A stretch of 63,883 nt of DNA, counting the filler, from an uncultured Chlamydiae bacterium (GTDB taxonomy: Bacteria > Chlamydiota > Chlamydiia > Chlamydiales > SM23-39), in the NCBI GenBank assembly GCA_937899275.1. It is 6 parts of 6 records of this genome, joined end to end, with 100 filler letters (N's around TTAATTAATTAA, not from the genome) between each part and the next. Parts side by side here need not be neighbours in the genome. Positions count along the whole stretch, not along the records: positions 1 to 28,497 come from CALBPE010000059.1; 5 more parts are not named here. One strand, 5' to 3'. The notes beneath the pieces are model-generated. The model was not told the origin of the DNA. It saw only the letters and a program-made list of their open reading frames with translations, and searched no databases. Both the position numbers and the translations under genes were made by a program. This document shows positions 18,381-28,597 of the stretch, one piece after another (positions within the stretch are counted from its first letter, which is position 1; the number at the start of each line of letters is the position of its first letter).

Positions 18381-18393
18381 ATTTACATCAATA
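18381..18393 (-). promoter_or_regulatory. Degenerate third copy of the array upstream motif (TATTGATGTAAAT)
   Basis: 12/13 match to the motif core; TTGATG-N17-TTAAAA as in copy 2; ~53 bp upstream of ATG 18327. Confidence 0.45.
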
Positions 18394-18508
18394 AGTTTTT
18401 TTAATGGGTTTTTTATGTAAATAATTATTTGAAATATGCTAGTGTAATTTACAAAAAATAGTTTTTGTGCTATAATGGATAAACCCCAGGTTTCATTTTA
18501 GGTGATGT

Positions 18509-19333
18509 ATGAGAAGTCTACTGTTACAAACAATAAGAGAAAAAATCCCTGCAGAATCCTCTATCAAAAAGCTGCAAAAATATTCAGAACAGCTCTTTTC
18601 TTTGATGGGACAGCCTTTAGAAGAGCTGGAGCTTGAAGAAGTGCAAAGCTTAATAGAAACGGCAGAAAAAAAACGGGGAAAAGAGCAAAGAAAAGAGGCC
18701 AAGCTTGTTGAATCGCTTAGCCTTTTAGAAAGAAAAGCCTATTTTCTTACCAGTAAACTAGTGGAAAAAACCCCAGAAGAGAGTCAGGAAGAGCTGCAGA
18801 AACTCTCCAAAGATTTTTCTGCTATTGAACAGTCGATTCAAGGAGACTCTTTTGTATTAGACGCTTCTTTACGCAGATGCCACGAAGCAATTTGCCAAGT
18901 GATTTTTTCTATCCGATTTCCTATTGTTTATGAATTTGACCGAGCTGCTGTAGAGCGCAATGTCATCCAAACGCTTCTTGATCTTGAAGAGAGTTATGCA
19001 AACAAAGAAAAAGGGGCAGATCTTTTGTGGATGCAGCTAGGCTCTACTTTGCAAAAAGAGGTGAATAAAACGTGTGATGATTTATTTTCTATTCCGTTTT
19101 TAACAGCAGATGCAGAAGAAAAAGCGTACGCGATTTTTGCTTTTGTGAGTTATCTAGAAGAAATGGTGGATATGGCGCAGAAAGTGTTTTATGGCGATCC
19201 TAGAATACCTGCTCTGAAGCTTCGCAAGCTGCCTTGTTTTTTGCAAGAAGAGCTAAAACAAGATCTAGACTCGGAAGAGCATCTTTTGGGCAGACAGATA
19301 ATCAGCTATTTAGAAAAGATGGTGCTACAGTAG
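18509..19333 (+). CDS. Hypothetical helical, acidic protein
   Basis: 274-aa ORF with normal composition, convergent on the dapL operon; TGCTATAAT extended -10-like site upstream. Confidence 0.75.
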   Translation: MRSLLLQTIREKIPAESSIKKLQKYSEQLFSLMGQPLEELELEEVQSLIETAEKKRGKEQRKEAKLVESLSLLERKAYFLTSKLVEKTPEESQEELQKLSKDFSAIEQSIQGDSFVLDASLRRCHEAICQVIFSIRFPIVYEFDRAAVERNVIQTLLDLEESYANKEKGADLLWMQLGSTLQKEVNKTCDDLFSIPFLTADAEEKAYAIFAFVSYLEEMVDMAQKVFYGDPRIPALKLRKLPCFLQEELKQDLDSEEHLLGRQIISYLEKMVLQ

Positions 19334-19936
19334 CAGGGGAGCTAGGTTTTGTGGAACCGGATCGCCTGGTTGCAGCTTGTGGCTGATGTGGTGCGGGCTT
19401 TTTGCCAAAGGATCTAATGGATTTTTTACGTATAAGGTATTGATGTCTCCATAGGCAATAAGTAAAAAATCAGCAGGGTCATCTAAGGTTTTTTCGATAG
19501 AAAAAGGTACATTTGGTTTAAAGAAAAGAGCGGAGCCTGCTCCATGTGGAAGGATGGGGCCGTTTGCTTCTTCTGGGCGATCTGTAGATCCTTTTTTTTC
19601 AGGAGAGAGGCGTAAAAAAGCGAAAAGTTGTAGTCCTTGAAAAGAAGAGTTTTCTTGGAATGTAGAAGGCCAGATGTCTTCTTGAAAAAATCCTTGATCG
19701 AATAAAAGGCGTATGTGTTTTTTTCCGCTTAGACTAAGAGCGATGTGAGCAAGGCGCCTACTTGTTGCAAGAGTCTTAAAACAAGATCGCCTTTGAAATA
19801 AATTATGCTGCAAAGAAAAAGAAGTAGAAGGCGTTTTTTCCCGCATCGCTTTTTCTGTAGCAATGATTTCCTCAAATGCAATATAGCCGTTTTCTCGAAA
19901 AAAATCGATTTGTGATGGACGAATTAGATAACGCAT
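19325..19936 (-). CDS. Hypothetical protein, degenerate phytanoyl-CoA dioxygenase (PhyH)-like
   Basis: N-terminus QIDFFRENGYIAFEEII is typical of the PhyH family; overlaps the dapL end; iron-ligand motifs not evident. Confidence 0.6.
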   Translation of the reverse strand: MRYLIRPSQIDFFRENGYIAFEEIIATEKAMREKTPSTSFSLQHNLFQRRSCFKTLATSRRLAHIALSLSGKKHIRLLFDQGFFQEDIWPSTFQENSSFQGLQLFAFLRLSPEKKGSTDRPEEANGPILPHGAGSALFFKPNVPFSIEKTLDDPADFLLIAYGDINTLYVKNPLDPLAKSPHHISHKLQPGDPVPQNLAPLLL

Positions 19937-21102
19937 AAAGATCCTTTTTGTATACGGCTTGCAGCCTCTTGCAGTTTGTCTATAGAAGCGAAAGTAGATA
20001 AGCGGACAAAGCCTTCACCTGAAGGGCCAAAGCCTTCTCCTGGAATAGTAATCACCCCTTTTTCTAGTATTTGTTCGAAAAAGTCCCATGAGGGGATGCG
20101 CTGCGGCGTTTTCCACCAAAGGTACGGGGCGTCGATTCCACCAAAAACCGTATAGCCTAGTGCTACAAGCTTTTGTTTTAGAAAAGCCGCTTGTTCTTGG
20201 TATGCCTCCATCTGGAGAGCAAGCTCTTTTTTTCCTTCGGGAAAATAGCATGCTTCTGCTGCTTTTTGTATGGGGTAGCTAACCCCTCCAAAAGAGCTGT
20301 GCAGTCGTTTTCTCCAAAGATCGATAAGAGAAACCCCTTTGATTTGGCACTCGTTAGGGATCACGGTATAGCCGCATCGAAGGTTGGTAAAGCCCCCCTT
20401 TTTGGAAAAGCTGCGGATCTCAATAGCGACTTTTTTTGCGCCAGGAATAGAGTAAATCGAGTGGGGCGCATCGGAGGTGATGAAGCCTTCATAGGCTCCA
20501 TCAAATAAAATAATAGACTGCTGTTTTACGGCGTAGTCGACCCATGTTTTTAGCGCCTTTCGGTCGAGCGCTTTTCCCGTAGGGTTATTCGGAGAGCAAA
20601 GGTAAATGATATCGACCGGCTTTTCGGGTAGTTTAGGGATAAAGTCGTTTTCCTCCAGGCAAGGTTGATACACTAAATCCATCCCAGAAAAAAGGCTGCC
20701 GTTTACATACACAGGATAAGAGGGGTCTTGCACTGCGACTATGTTTTCAGAAGAAAAAAGCTGTAAAATCTCTACGCAGCTATTTTTTGCACCCGCTGTG
20801 ATGAAGATTTCTTCTGGAGAAATGGTTTTTTGGTATTCAAAAGAAGCAATCTGATTGCGAAGAAAGCTGTAACCTTCTGCTGGAGGGTACCCTTGAAATG
20901 TCTCGGTTTTTGCAAAGGAAACAGCCGCTTCTCGCATAGCTTCTACGCAAGAGGGAATAAGAGGTTTTTGGATATCGCCTATGCCTAAGTTAATCAAAGA
21001 GTTTTGGGGGCGTTTTTTTTGATGTGCGGCGGTTTTTTCCGCAATCTTTTGAAAAAGATAGCTTTTTTTCAGCGCAGAAAAATGGGGATTTAGTTTGGGC
21101 AT
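19924..21102 (-). CDS. dapL: LL-diaminopimelate aminotransferase
   Basis: SYLFQKI, INLGIGD, GYPPAEG, CSPNNPTG, FDGAY, SFSKKGGFTNLRCG, APYLW, PGEGFGPSGEGFVRLS. Confidence 0.93.
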   Translation of the reverse strand: MPKLNPHFSALKKSYLFQKIAEKTAAHQKKRPQNSLINLGIGDIQKPLIPSCVEAMREAAVSFAKTETFQGYPPAEGYSFLRNQIASFEYQKTISPEEIFITAGAKNSCVEILQLFSSENIVAVQDPSYPVYVNGSLFSGMDLVYQPCLEENDFIPKLPEKPVDIIYLCSPNNPTGKALDRKALKTWVDYAVKQQSIILFDGAYEGFITSDAPHSIYSIPGAKKVAIEIRSFSKKGGFTNLRCGYTVIPNECQIKGVSLIDLWRKRLHSSFGGVSYPIQKAAEACYFPEGKKELALQMEAYQEQAAFLKQKLVALGYTVFGGIDAPYLWWKTPQRIPSWDFFEQILEKGVITIPGEGFGPSGEGFVRLSTFASIDKLQEAASRIQKGSLCVI

Positions 21103-21137
21103 TTGCTTTCCAAGAAGAAATTACGTAAGATAAATGC

Positions 21138-21857
21138 ATGCATACAAGAGAAAATATACAAAAAAATCTGACAAAAATCAAACAAATCCTGGATCTCCCG
21201 TTTACCCAAGATGCTCTTTTACTCCAAGCGTTTATCCACCGTTCTTTTGTAAATGAAAATCGTCACCTTGTAGAAGAGCATAATGAGCGGTTAGAGTTTT
21301 TAGGAGACTCTGTTTTAGGTTTGTGTGTTGCTAAGATGCTCTATGAAAGGTATCCAGAGCATCCCGAAGGGATGTTGTCTCAACTGCGCTCAAGACTTGT
21401 CGATGTCGATGCCTGCGTGCTGTACATGGAAACGCTCTGCCTTCAGGAATACATCCTTGTGGGTAAAGGAGAGGAAAAAACCCTTGGAAAACGCAAATCA
21501 TCGATTGTAGCAGACGCTTTTGAAGCGATTGTAGCAGCGATTTTTCTCGATGGAGGTTTTGCAGCAGCGCAGCGTTTTTTGCAGCAGCATTTCTCAAGCA
21601 AAATGGACGAGCTTTTAGAGGGGCCCTATACAAATTATAAAGCCCTTTTGCAAGATTACGCGCAGAAAAAACACCAAAAACCGCCCTGCTATAAAATGCA
21701 CCGAGAAGAGGGGCCAGATCATGAAAAAACCTTTTTTGTAGCCGTCTATATCGAAGATGCTAAATGGGCCGAAGGAGAGGGGAGCTCAAAAAAAGAAGCC
21801 GAGCAAAATGCGGCAAAAATCGCTTTAGAAGAGCTGAAAAAAGAGGGCCTTTTATGA
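21138..21857 (+). CDS. rnc: Ribonuclease III
   Basis: HNERLEFLGDSVL signature, ADAFEA, C-terminal dsRBD (NYKALLQ...GSSKKEAEQNAA). Confidence 0.97.
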   Translation: MHTRENIQKNLTKIKQILDLPFTQDALLLQAFIHRSFVNENRHLVEEHNERLEFLGDSVLGLCVAKMLYERYPEHPEGMLSQLRSRLVDVDACVLYMETLCLQEYILVGKGEEKTLGKRKSSIVADAFEAIVAAIFLDGGFAAAQRFLQQHFSSKMDELLEGPYTNYKALLQDYAQKKHQKPPCYKMHREEGPDHEKTFFVAVYIEDAKWAEGEGSSKKEAEQNAAKIALEELKKEGLL

Positions 21858-23218
21858 AAAGCACCTTAAAGAAAACCTCTATTTGGCGGTGTACAAATTG
21901 TGGGAAAATCGCAACGAAATGGTCTGGTATGTGCCCAGATTGCAAACAGTGGAATACTTTTGTAGAAGAGGAAAAACAGGTGAAAAACCCACAAGTCTCT
22001 TTGAGTAAAAAAGCGGTTGCTATACACACGATTGCCCAAAAAGATATCGACAGAATGGAAGGCTCTTTTCCTGAATTTGACCGGCTTTTAGGAGGAGGCG
22101 TTGTTCCAGGAGCATTGGTGCTTTTGGGAGGCCCCCCAGGTATTGGAAAGTCGACTTTGCTACTACAAGTAGCCCATACTTATGCAGAAAAAGGTCATAA
22201 AGTGCTGTATGTATCGGGAGAAGAGTCGATGGAACAAGTCTCTTTAAGAGCAAGAAGAATCAATGCTTTATCGCCCAACCTATTTGTCTTAAGCTCCACC
22301 TCGTATCACGCTGTAGAAAAAGCAGTAGATGAACTCAACCCCGATTTTCTTTGTATTGACTCGATCCAGATTTTATACAAAGAAGAGGTGCCTTCTTCAC
22401 CTGGATCTATCGTACAGGTAAAAGAGCTGGCGCATGCGTTTATGCTTCTTGCGAAGAAAAGAGCGATGGCTACATTTTTAATTGGCCACGTGACTAAAAC
22501 AGGAGATCTTGCAGGACCGCGCCTTTTAGAACACCTTGTCGATACCGTCTTAGAGTTTGAGGGGGATAAAAACCAAGGGTTTCGTTTACTTCGTTCGATC
22601 AAAAACCGATTTGGTTCAACAGATGATCTGGCGATGTTTCAGATGAGAGAGACGGGGCTCTATGAAGTGGAAAACCCCTCGAAGCTTTTTCTAGAGGAAA
22701 GAAGAGCTCTTTGTCACGGCTCTTCCGTTACGGCAGCTATTGAAGGGGGCAGGGCGTTTTTAGTAGAAGTGCAGGCGCTTGTCACAAAATCTTTTCTTCC
22801 TAGTCCATCGAGAAAATCCAGCGGCATCGATCAAAATCGTTTATCTCTTTTACTTGCTGTGCTAGAAAAAAGATTGGGTTATAAGATGCATGCAAGCGAC
22901 GTCTTTGTTTCTTTAATCGGAGGCATTAAAGTGAGAGAGCCTGCAGTTGATCTTGCGGTTTTATGCGCGCTATCCTCTTCATTTTTGCAAAAACCTTTGC
23001 AAGCATCGACTCTATTTTTAGGAGAAGTGGGGCTTTCTGGAGAAATCCGCAGCTCGCCCCGTATGGAAGCCCGGTTAAATGAGGGGATGCATATGGGATA
23101 TACACAGGAGAAAATACCAGAAAAAAACCGGAAGCATTTGCAAAAGCAGTGGCAAGGAAAACTAGAACTTGTGGGGGTAGAAGTTGTTGAAAAAGCCGTG
23201 GCAGAAATGGGAGATTAA
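21854..23218 (+). CDS. radA: DNA repair protein RadA/Sms
   Basis: C4 zinc finger, GPPGIGKST Walker A, KNRFG motif, Lon-like C-terminus; ATGA overlap with rnc. Confidence 0.96.
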   Translation: MKSTLKKTSIWRCTNCGKIATKWSGMCPDCKQWNTFVEEEKQVKNPQVSLSKKAVAIHTIAQKDIDRMEGSFPEFDRLLGGGVVPGALVLLGGPPGIGKSTLLLQVAHTYAEKGHKVLYVSGEESMEQVSLRARRINALSPNLFVLSSTSYHAVEKAVDELNPDFLCIDSIQILYKEEVPSSPGSIVQVKELAHAFMLLAKKRAMATFLIGHVTKTGDLAGPRLLEHLVDTVLEFEGDKNQGFRLLRSIKNRFGSTDDLAMFQMRETGLYEVENPSKLFLEERRALCHGSSVTAAIEGGRAFLVEVQALVTKSFLPSPSRKSSGIDQNRLSLLLAVLEKRLGYKMHASDVFVSLIGGIKVREPAVDLAVLCALSSSFLQKPLQASTLFLGEVGLSGEIRSSPRMEARLNEGMHMGYTQEKIPEKNRKHLQKQWQGKLELVGVEVVEKAVAEMGD

Positions 23219-23852
23219 AGCAGCGATCCGCGGATCGCTTTTAAGTCAAAAACAAGCAGAGGAGATCGAAAGGGCGCTGTGCGCCTATTTTCCAGGTGTC
23301 TCCATCCAAAAACTATGCACCTCTTCTACAGGAGACCTAGATCAAATCACCTCTCTTCGCAGTCAGGAAAACACCGATTTTTTCACAAAAGAAATCGATG
23401 AAAAAGTTCTTTCAGGATTAGCAGATGTAGCGATTCATTCAGCTAAAGATATGCCAAGTGCGCTTCCAGATGGGTTAGAAATCATAGCTCTTACAGAAGG
23501 GATCGATCCTACAGATAGCTTGGTTTTTCGAAAGGGGATTTCTCTTAGCTCTTTTCCGTGTAAAGGGAGAGTAGGCGCATCGAGTATTCGTAGGGAAGAG
23601 ATGGTGAAAAAAACGCTTCCGCAGGCGGTATTTGTCGATATTAGAGGCTCTGTCCCTAAGAGGCTTGCAAGGCTGCGCATCGATTTAGATGCAGTGGTTG
23701 TAGCAGAAGCTGCTTTACTTCGTTTAGGATCTTCTCTTTTTCGGATTCCTTTAGAGGGAAAAACCCATCCTATGCAAGGAAGGCTAGCTGTGGTTGCTAA
23801 AACTTCTTGTACAGCGGTAAAAAAGCTATTTTCCACTATCGATGGCAGGTAG
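23184..23852 (+). CDS. hemC: Hydroxymethylbilane synthase, short form (start uncertain)
   Basis: RGSLLS, TGD, FFTKEID, AIHSAKD, GASSIRR, DIRG, VVAEAALLRL, QGRLAV. Confidence 0.9.
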   Translation: MLKKPWQKWEIKAAIRGSLLSQKQAEEIERALCAYFPGVSIQKLCTSSTGDLDQITSLRSQENTDFFTKEIDEKVLSGLADVAIHSAKDMPSALPDGLEIIALTEGIDPTDSLVFRKGISLSSFPCKGRVGASSIRREEMVKKTLPQAVFVDIRGSVPKRLARLRIDLDAVVVAEAALLRLGSSLFRIPLEGKTHPMQGRLAVVAKTSCTAVKKLFSTIDGR

Positions 23853-23854
23853 AT

Positions 23855-24484
23855 TTGTGCACGTTATACACAGGCCTTAATCCCGCAAGCTATCCAGATC
23901 AAAAAGATCTTTGTCATATCCCTTTTATTGAAACTACAATGCGTCCTTTGCAAGATTGCATAAAGAGTTTGATCAAGATCCAAAATTACTCGCATATTGT
24001 GCTGACAAGTCCTGTGGCGGCAAGGTACTTTTTTTATCTGGTAGATGTTTTCGATCTATCTCTTGAAAAAAAGCACTTTTTAGCGGTAGGAGGAGCCACA
24101 AAAAAAGGGATCGATGCTAGAAATCTTCCCGTTACCACGCCTTCAGTAGCCACGCAAGAGGGTATGATTGATTTGATACAAAACAGCCCTTTTTTTTCGT
24201 ATGCTTGGCCCAAATCTTCTCGAGCAAGAGACAAGTTAGAAAAAGAGCTAACGCTGCGTAATGCTCTTATTTTTGATCTGTATGATACAAAAACTAGGAG
24301 CTTTAACCCGCCTTCCTTACAAGGTGTAAAAAAGGTGGTTTTTACAAGCCCATCTACAGTAGATGCGTTTTTTTCTTTTTATCCCAAGGCGCTTAGATGC
24401 ATCGAATGGATTTCTAGAGGTCCGATTACGAAAGAGTATCTCTTGTCTAAATTCCAAAAGGATAGTACGCTGAAACCTTTCTAA
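23855..24484 (+). CDS. hemD: Uroporphyrinogen-III synthase
   Basis: Follows hemC; LTSPVA, AVGGATK, QEG, YDT, FTSPSTV, GPIT motifs; TTG 23855 preferred as start. Confidence 0.85.
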   Translation: MCTLYTGLNPASYPDQKDLCHIPFIETTMRPLQDCIKSLIKIQNYSHIVLTSPVAARYFFYLVDVFDLSLEKKHFLAVGGATKKGIDARNLPVTTPSVATQEGMIDLIQNSPFFSYAWPKSSRARDKLEKELTLRNALIFDLYDTKTRSFNPPSLQGVKKVVFTSPSTVDAFFSFYPKALRCIEWISRGPITKEYLLSKFQKDSTLKPF

Positions 24485-24508
24485 ATTCCCCAGTGTAAGG
24501 AGAGATTT

Positions 24509-25126
24509 ATGCCGACTCATACCACCTCATACAAATTACCCGATCTACCGTATGACTATGATGCTTTAGAGCCTGTGATTTCCGCAGAAATCATGCAGCT
24601 CCATCACCAAAAACATCACCAAGCTTATATCAATAATCTCAATCAAGTACTCGAAAAATACCATGAAGCAGAAGCGAAAAATGATATGCCCAAAGCGGTT
24701 TCTTTGCAGCCTAGCATCCGCTTTAATGGCGGCGGACACATCAACCACTCCCTTTTTTGGGAAAATCTCTGCCCTCCAAAAAACGCCTTAGGAAAACCTT
24801 CAGGCCAGGTATTGGAAGCGATAGAAAAAGATTTTGGCTCCTTTACAGATTTTCAGAAGCGCTTTAACGCAGAAACGGCAGCTATTCAAGGATCTGGCTG
24901 GGGCTGGCTTGCGTACAATAAACCTCGTCAGCAGCTCGATATCGTCTGCCTTTCCAATCAAGATCCTGTGAGTACGATTCCTGGTATGACCCCTTTGCTC
25001 GGAGTTGATGTATGGGAGCATGCCTACTATCTCCAGTATAAAAACGCTCGTCCAAAGTATCTTGAAGCTATTTGGCAGGTAATCGACTGGAAGCGAGTAG
25101 AAGAGCGTTTAGCTAATTCTTTATAA
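24509..25126 (+). CDS. sodA: Superoxide dismutase (Mn-type signature)
   Basis: [43 protein letters not shown]. Confidence 0.96.
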   Translation: MPTHTTSYKLPDLPYDYDALEPVISAEIMQLHHQKHHQAYINNLNQVLEKYHEAEAKNDMPKAVSLQPSIRFNGGGHINHSLFWENLCPPKNALGKPSGQVLEAIEKDFGSFTDFQKRFNAETAAIQGSGWGWLAYNKPRQQLDIVCLSNQDPVSTIPGMTPLLGVDVWEHAYYLQYKNARPKYLEAIWQVIDWKRVEERLANSL

Positions 25127-25207
25127 TTATTTTTTTACTTTTTTTAGGAAAACTAGAAATTAAATTAGTAAATAAACTAGACTATTCGTGGGATAGGTAA
25201 AATTAGC

Positions 25208-26119
25208 ATGGGATTATTCTCTAGAAAGCCAAGAATTAAAGTACAATCCACTAAAAAAGATGGGTTTAGCGGTTGGATCAAATGTTCCAAGTGCCAAGAG
25301 TTGATCCATGCTAATGAGTTAAAAGAAAGTTTGAATTGCTGTCCTAAATGTGACTACCACTACCGCGCTTCATTAGATCAAAGGCTAGAGCACCTTGTAG
25401 ATGAAGGAACATTTCAAGAGATGTTTCAAGAGATTCAGCCGAATGATCCATTGAATTTTTTTGATGTCGACACCTATAAAAATCGGGTCAAAAAAGCGCG
25501 GCAAAAATCCCAACGAGATGAGGCGATATGCTGCGGCATTTGCCAAATCTCAGGAATCGATGTGGCTTTGGGTATACTTGATTTTTCCTATATGGGAGGG
25601 TCTATGGGCTCTGTTGTAGGAGAGCGCATCACCCGCCTTATTGAAAAAGCCCTATTCGATCATCTTCCCTTGGTTCTTGTCTCTTCTTCGGGCGGCGCCC
25701 GTATGCAAGAATCTGTACTATCGCTTATGCAAATGGCGAAAACATCCAGCGCTTTGAAAAGGTTAAGAGAAAAAAACCTTCTTTATATCTCTGTATTGAC
25801 CAATCCTACAACAGGAGGCGTGACGGCATCTTTTGCTTCTTTAGGCGATATCATCATTGCAGAACCAGAAGCATTGATTGGTTTTGCAGGACCTAGAGTC
25901 GTCGAGCAAACCATCGGCCAAACTCTTCCTGAAGGGGCGCAGCGCTCGGAATTTCTTTTAGAAAAAGGTATGATCGATTGTATTGTGCCTCGCAAAAAGC
26001 TGAAAAAAATGCTTGGTTATTTTCTGCGGTTTTTCGTAACAAATCCTGTAGAAAATGTTTCTATCAATCCTTTACATTCGTTATTAGAAAACGCGCAAAA
26101 AGATACGCGCATCGGATAA
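25208..26119 (+). CDS. accD: Acetyl-CoA carboxylase carboxyltransferase beta subunit
   Basis: WIKCSKC...CPKC zinc finger, [36 protein letters not shown]. Confidence 0.97.
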   Translation: MGLFSRKPRIKVQSTKKDGFSGWIKCSKCQELIHANELKESLNCCPKCDYHYRASLDQRLEHLVDEGTFQEMFQEIQPNDPLNFFDVDTYKNRVKKARQKSQRDEAICCGICQISGIDVALGILDFSYMGGSMGSVVGERITRLIEKALFDHLPLVLVSSSGGARMQESVLSLMQMAKTSSALKRLREKNLLYISVLTNPTTGGVTASFASLGDIIIAEPEALIGFAGPRVVEQTIGQTLPEGAQRSEFLLEKGMIDCIVPRKKLKKMLGYFLRFFVTNPVENVSINPLHSLLENAQKDTRIG

Positions 26120-26126
26120 AATATTC

Positions 26127-26567
26127 ATGACTACATCTATAAAAATACGGGTCAAACGCCTAGAACTGTTGCCTTCCTATGCATCTGCATTAGCGGCAGG
26201 AGCTGATCTAAAAGCAGCATTTACTCAACCTGAGACGCTGCATCCTGGAAAGTCGATTCTCGTACCTACAGGACTATATATGGAAATCCCCGAGGGATTT
26301 GAAGTACAAATCAGACCGAGAAGCGGTCTGGCTTTAAAAAAACAAATTACTGTGTTAAATACTCCAGGGACAATCGATGCGGATTATCGAGGGGAAATTC
26401 AGGTGATTTTAATCAATCATGGCAACCATCCTTTTGTCATTGAACCTTGCATGCGCATTGCGCAGATGGTCTTAGCTCCAGTATGCCAAGCAGATTTTGT
26501 CGTACAAGAAACCTTGTCTACCACAACAAGAGGGGAGGGCGGCTTTGGTCATACTGGATCGTATTAA
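26127..26567 (+). CDS. dut: dUTPase
   Basis: [36 protein letters not shown]. Confidence 0.97.
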   Translation: MTTSIKIRVKRLELLPSYASALAAGADLKAAFTQPETLHPGKSILVPTGLYMEIPEGFEVQIRPRSGLALKKQITVLNTPGTIDADYRGEIQVILINHGNHPFVIEPCMRIAQMVLAPVCQADFVVQETLSTTTRGEGGFGHTGSY

Positions 26568-26610
26568 TCATGTCATTAAAAAAAACACGCGTAAGTGGTT
26601 AAAAAAACCG

Positions 26611-27060
26611 ATGCACATCAGTGATTATTTGCTGGGAATAGACGGGATTACTTTTCTTGATGCGACAACTAGGGAAGATGCTTTATCTTGTTTAGTCGAT
26701 CTTTTTGTAAAAAACGGCAAGGTAGAGAGCCGCTCTTTTTTATATGAAGCAATTTTGAAAAGAGAAAAAATTGCTTCTACAGGCATCGGTATGAACGTAG
26801 CTATTCCCCATGCGAAAACTCCTTTATATCCCGAGTTTTCTATGGTTTTAGGTATGCAAAAACAAGGCATCGCTTGGGATTCTTTAGACGGCTCTTTAGT
26901 GAAAATCATTTTTATGATCATAGGCCCTGACAACCGGCAAACAGAATGCTTGCGGCTATTGTCTAAGCTGACAGAGGTGATTAAAAATGAAGAGCTCCGA
27001 ACGCAAATGTTCCATGCCGATTCTTCTGCAAGCATTTGGCGTCTTTTAAAAGATTATTAA
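26611..27060 (+). CDS. ptsN: PTS IIA(Ntr)-like protein
   Basis: REKIASTGIGMNVAIPHA phospho-His motif, WDSLDG. Confidence 0.88.
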   Translation: MHISDYLLGIDGITFLDATTREDALSCLVDLFVKNGKVESRSFLYEAILKREKIASTGIGMNVAIPHAKTPLYPEFSMVLGMQKQGIAWDSLDGSLVKIIFMIIGPDNRQTECLRLLSKLTEVIKNEELRTQMFHADSSASIWRLLKDY

Positions 27061-27132
27061 AAAGTATCTTCGGTATTTTTCTAGATGCTTTTTTTTCTCT
27101 TATCCGATAACGTGTGCTTTTAGGAGGTAGGT

Positions 27133-27825
27133 ATTGATTTAAAAATTAAAGATGTAGCAGAGCTTCTCCGCGTATCGGAAACAACGGTAAGAAGATGGCT
27201 TTCTTCTGGGAAAATTCCAGCGTACCGTCTCAACCATCAATACCGGTTTAGTCGAACAGAGATTGAGGATTGGATGATGGCAAAATCCTCTAAAGAGGAG
27301 CCTTTTTTCGACAACAATCATGCTAAAGAAAGTGGGATGCAGGCCTTTGGTTTGTACAGAGCCCTGCATAAAGGCGACGTTTTTGACGATGTTCCTGGAG
27401 ATACTAAAGAAGAGATGATCAAAAAAGCGGTTTCTTTAATCGCTAAATCCCTACACGTTGATGGGGAGATTTTGACAGAGCTTTTGATGGACCGGGAAAA
27501 AATGATGCCTACCGCATTGAATCACGGTTTTGCTGTGCCGCATACCCGCGATTTTTTACTGCCAGGTCCATTTGATCGGGTGATCGTAGTCTACCCTAAA
27601 AAACCGATTGAATATGGCGCTTTAGACCAAGAAAAAGTGCATACCCTGTTTTTTTTATTAGCCTGTGAAGATAAAAGCCATCTACGGCTTTTAGCAAAAC
27701 TAGCGCATCTTGCTAGTGGACATGGTAACCGGCTATTTTTAGAGAAAAAACCAGAAAAAAAAGCTCTCCTTGCCTACATAAAAGACTGGGAATCTGGCGT
27801 ATGCCAGCCAGCTCTTAATGCATAA
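27133..27825 (+). CDS. ptsN: PTS IIA protein with N-terminal excisionase-like HTH; apparent ATT start
   Basis: The frame is open 47 codons upstream of the track's ATG 27274 and reads (I/M)DLKIKDVAELLRVSETTVRRWLSSGKIPAYRLNHQYRFSRTEIEDW; AGGAGG at 27122-27127; REKMMPTALNHGFAVPH. Confidence 0.85.
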   Translation: MDLKIKDVAELLRVSETTVRRWLSSGKIPAYRLNHQYRFSRTEIEDWMMAKSSKEEPFFDNNHAKESGMQAFGLYRALHKGDVFDDVPGDTKEEMIKKAVSLIAKSLHVDGEILTELLMDREKMMPTALNHGFAVPHTRDFLLPGPFDRVIVVYPKKPIEYGALDQEKVHTLFFLLACEDKSHLRLLAKLAHLASGHGNRLFLEKKPEKKALLAYIKDWESGVCQPALNA

Positions 27826-27830
27826 TGAGG

Positions 27831-28497
27831 TTAACAAGGCTCTTTATTTTCTTCTGATACCGCTGTTTGTTTTTCGTTCAACTCTTGGTCGATGAATACG
27901 ATTTTTCCTTCCGTTGCCGAAACGAGAAACTTACAGTTTTCTACAGGTTCAGCGAGGAGTTTTTCTGCCAAAGGATCTTCTAAATGCTGCTCGATAGCTC
28001 TTCTTAAAGGGCGCGCTCCCATATCAGGTTGATAGCCTTTATCCACTAGAAATGCTTTGGCTTTTTCATCGATTTCTAGGTAGATCTTTTTCGCTAGCAG
28101 ACGTTTTTGCAGCTTTTTGAATTCTAAATCGACGATAGCGGAAAGCGATTCTTTATTTAGCATATTGAAGCTCACCATATCATCTAATCGGTTGATGAAT
28201 TCTGGCTTAAAATGTTTTTTTGCTGCAGCGGTAAATTTTTGTTCCATCGCTTTATAATCCATTAGAGCGTTGCTCGCTTGAAACCCTACTTCAGTGGATT
28301 TTTTGATGAGGTCAGCGCCAAGATTAGAGGTCATGATGATGATGGTATTTCTAAAATCAATCTTTCGGCCTAAGGAATCGGTGATCCTGCCTTCTTCTAA
28401 AATCTGTAAAAGAAGGTTCATGACGTCTGGGTGAGCTTTTTCTACTTCATCAAATAAAACGACGCAGTAAGGTCTTCTTCGCACCTGATCAGTTAGC
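27831..28497 (-). CDS. clpC: Clp protease ATPase subunit ClpC, C-terminal part (truncated by contig end)
   Basis: [48 protein letters not shown]. Confidence 0.92.
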
Positions 28498-28597
28498 NNN
28501 NNNNNNNNNNNNNNNNNNNNNNNNNNNNNNNNNNNNNNNNNTTAATTAATTAANNNNNNNNNNNNNNNNNNNNNNNNNNNNNNNNNNNNNNNNNNNN
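28498..28597. other. Artificial contig linker
   Basis: N-run / TTAATTAATTAA (stops in all frames) / N-run, 100 bp. Confidence 0.98.

Noticed and set aside
23184..23218. radA-hemC frameshift fusion
   Set aside because: radA ends at a normal length and hemC has a usable overlapping TTG start; there is no positive evidence for a frameshift.
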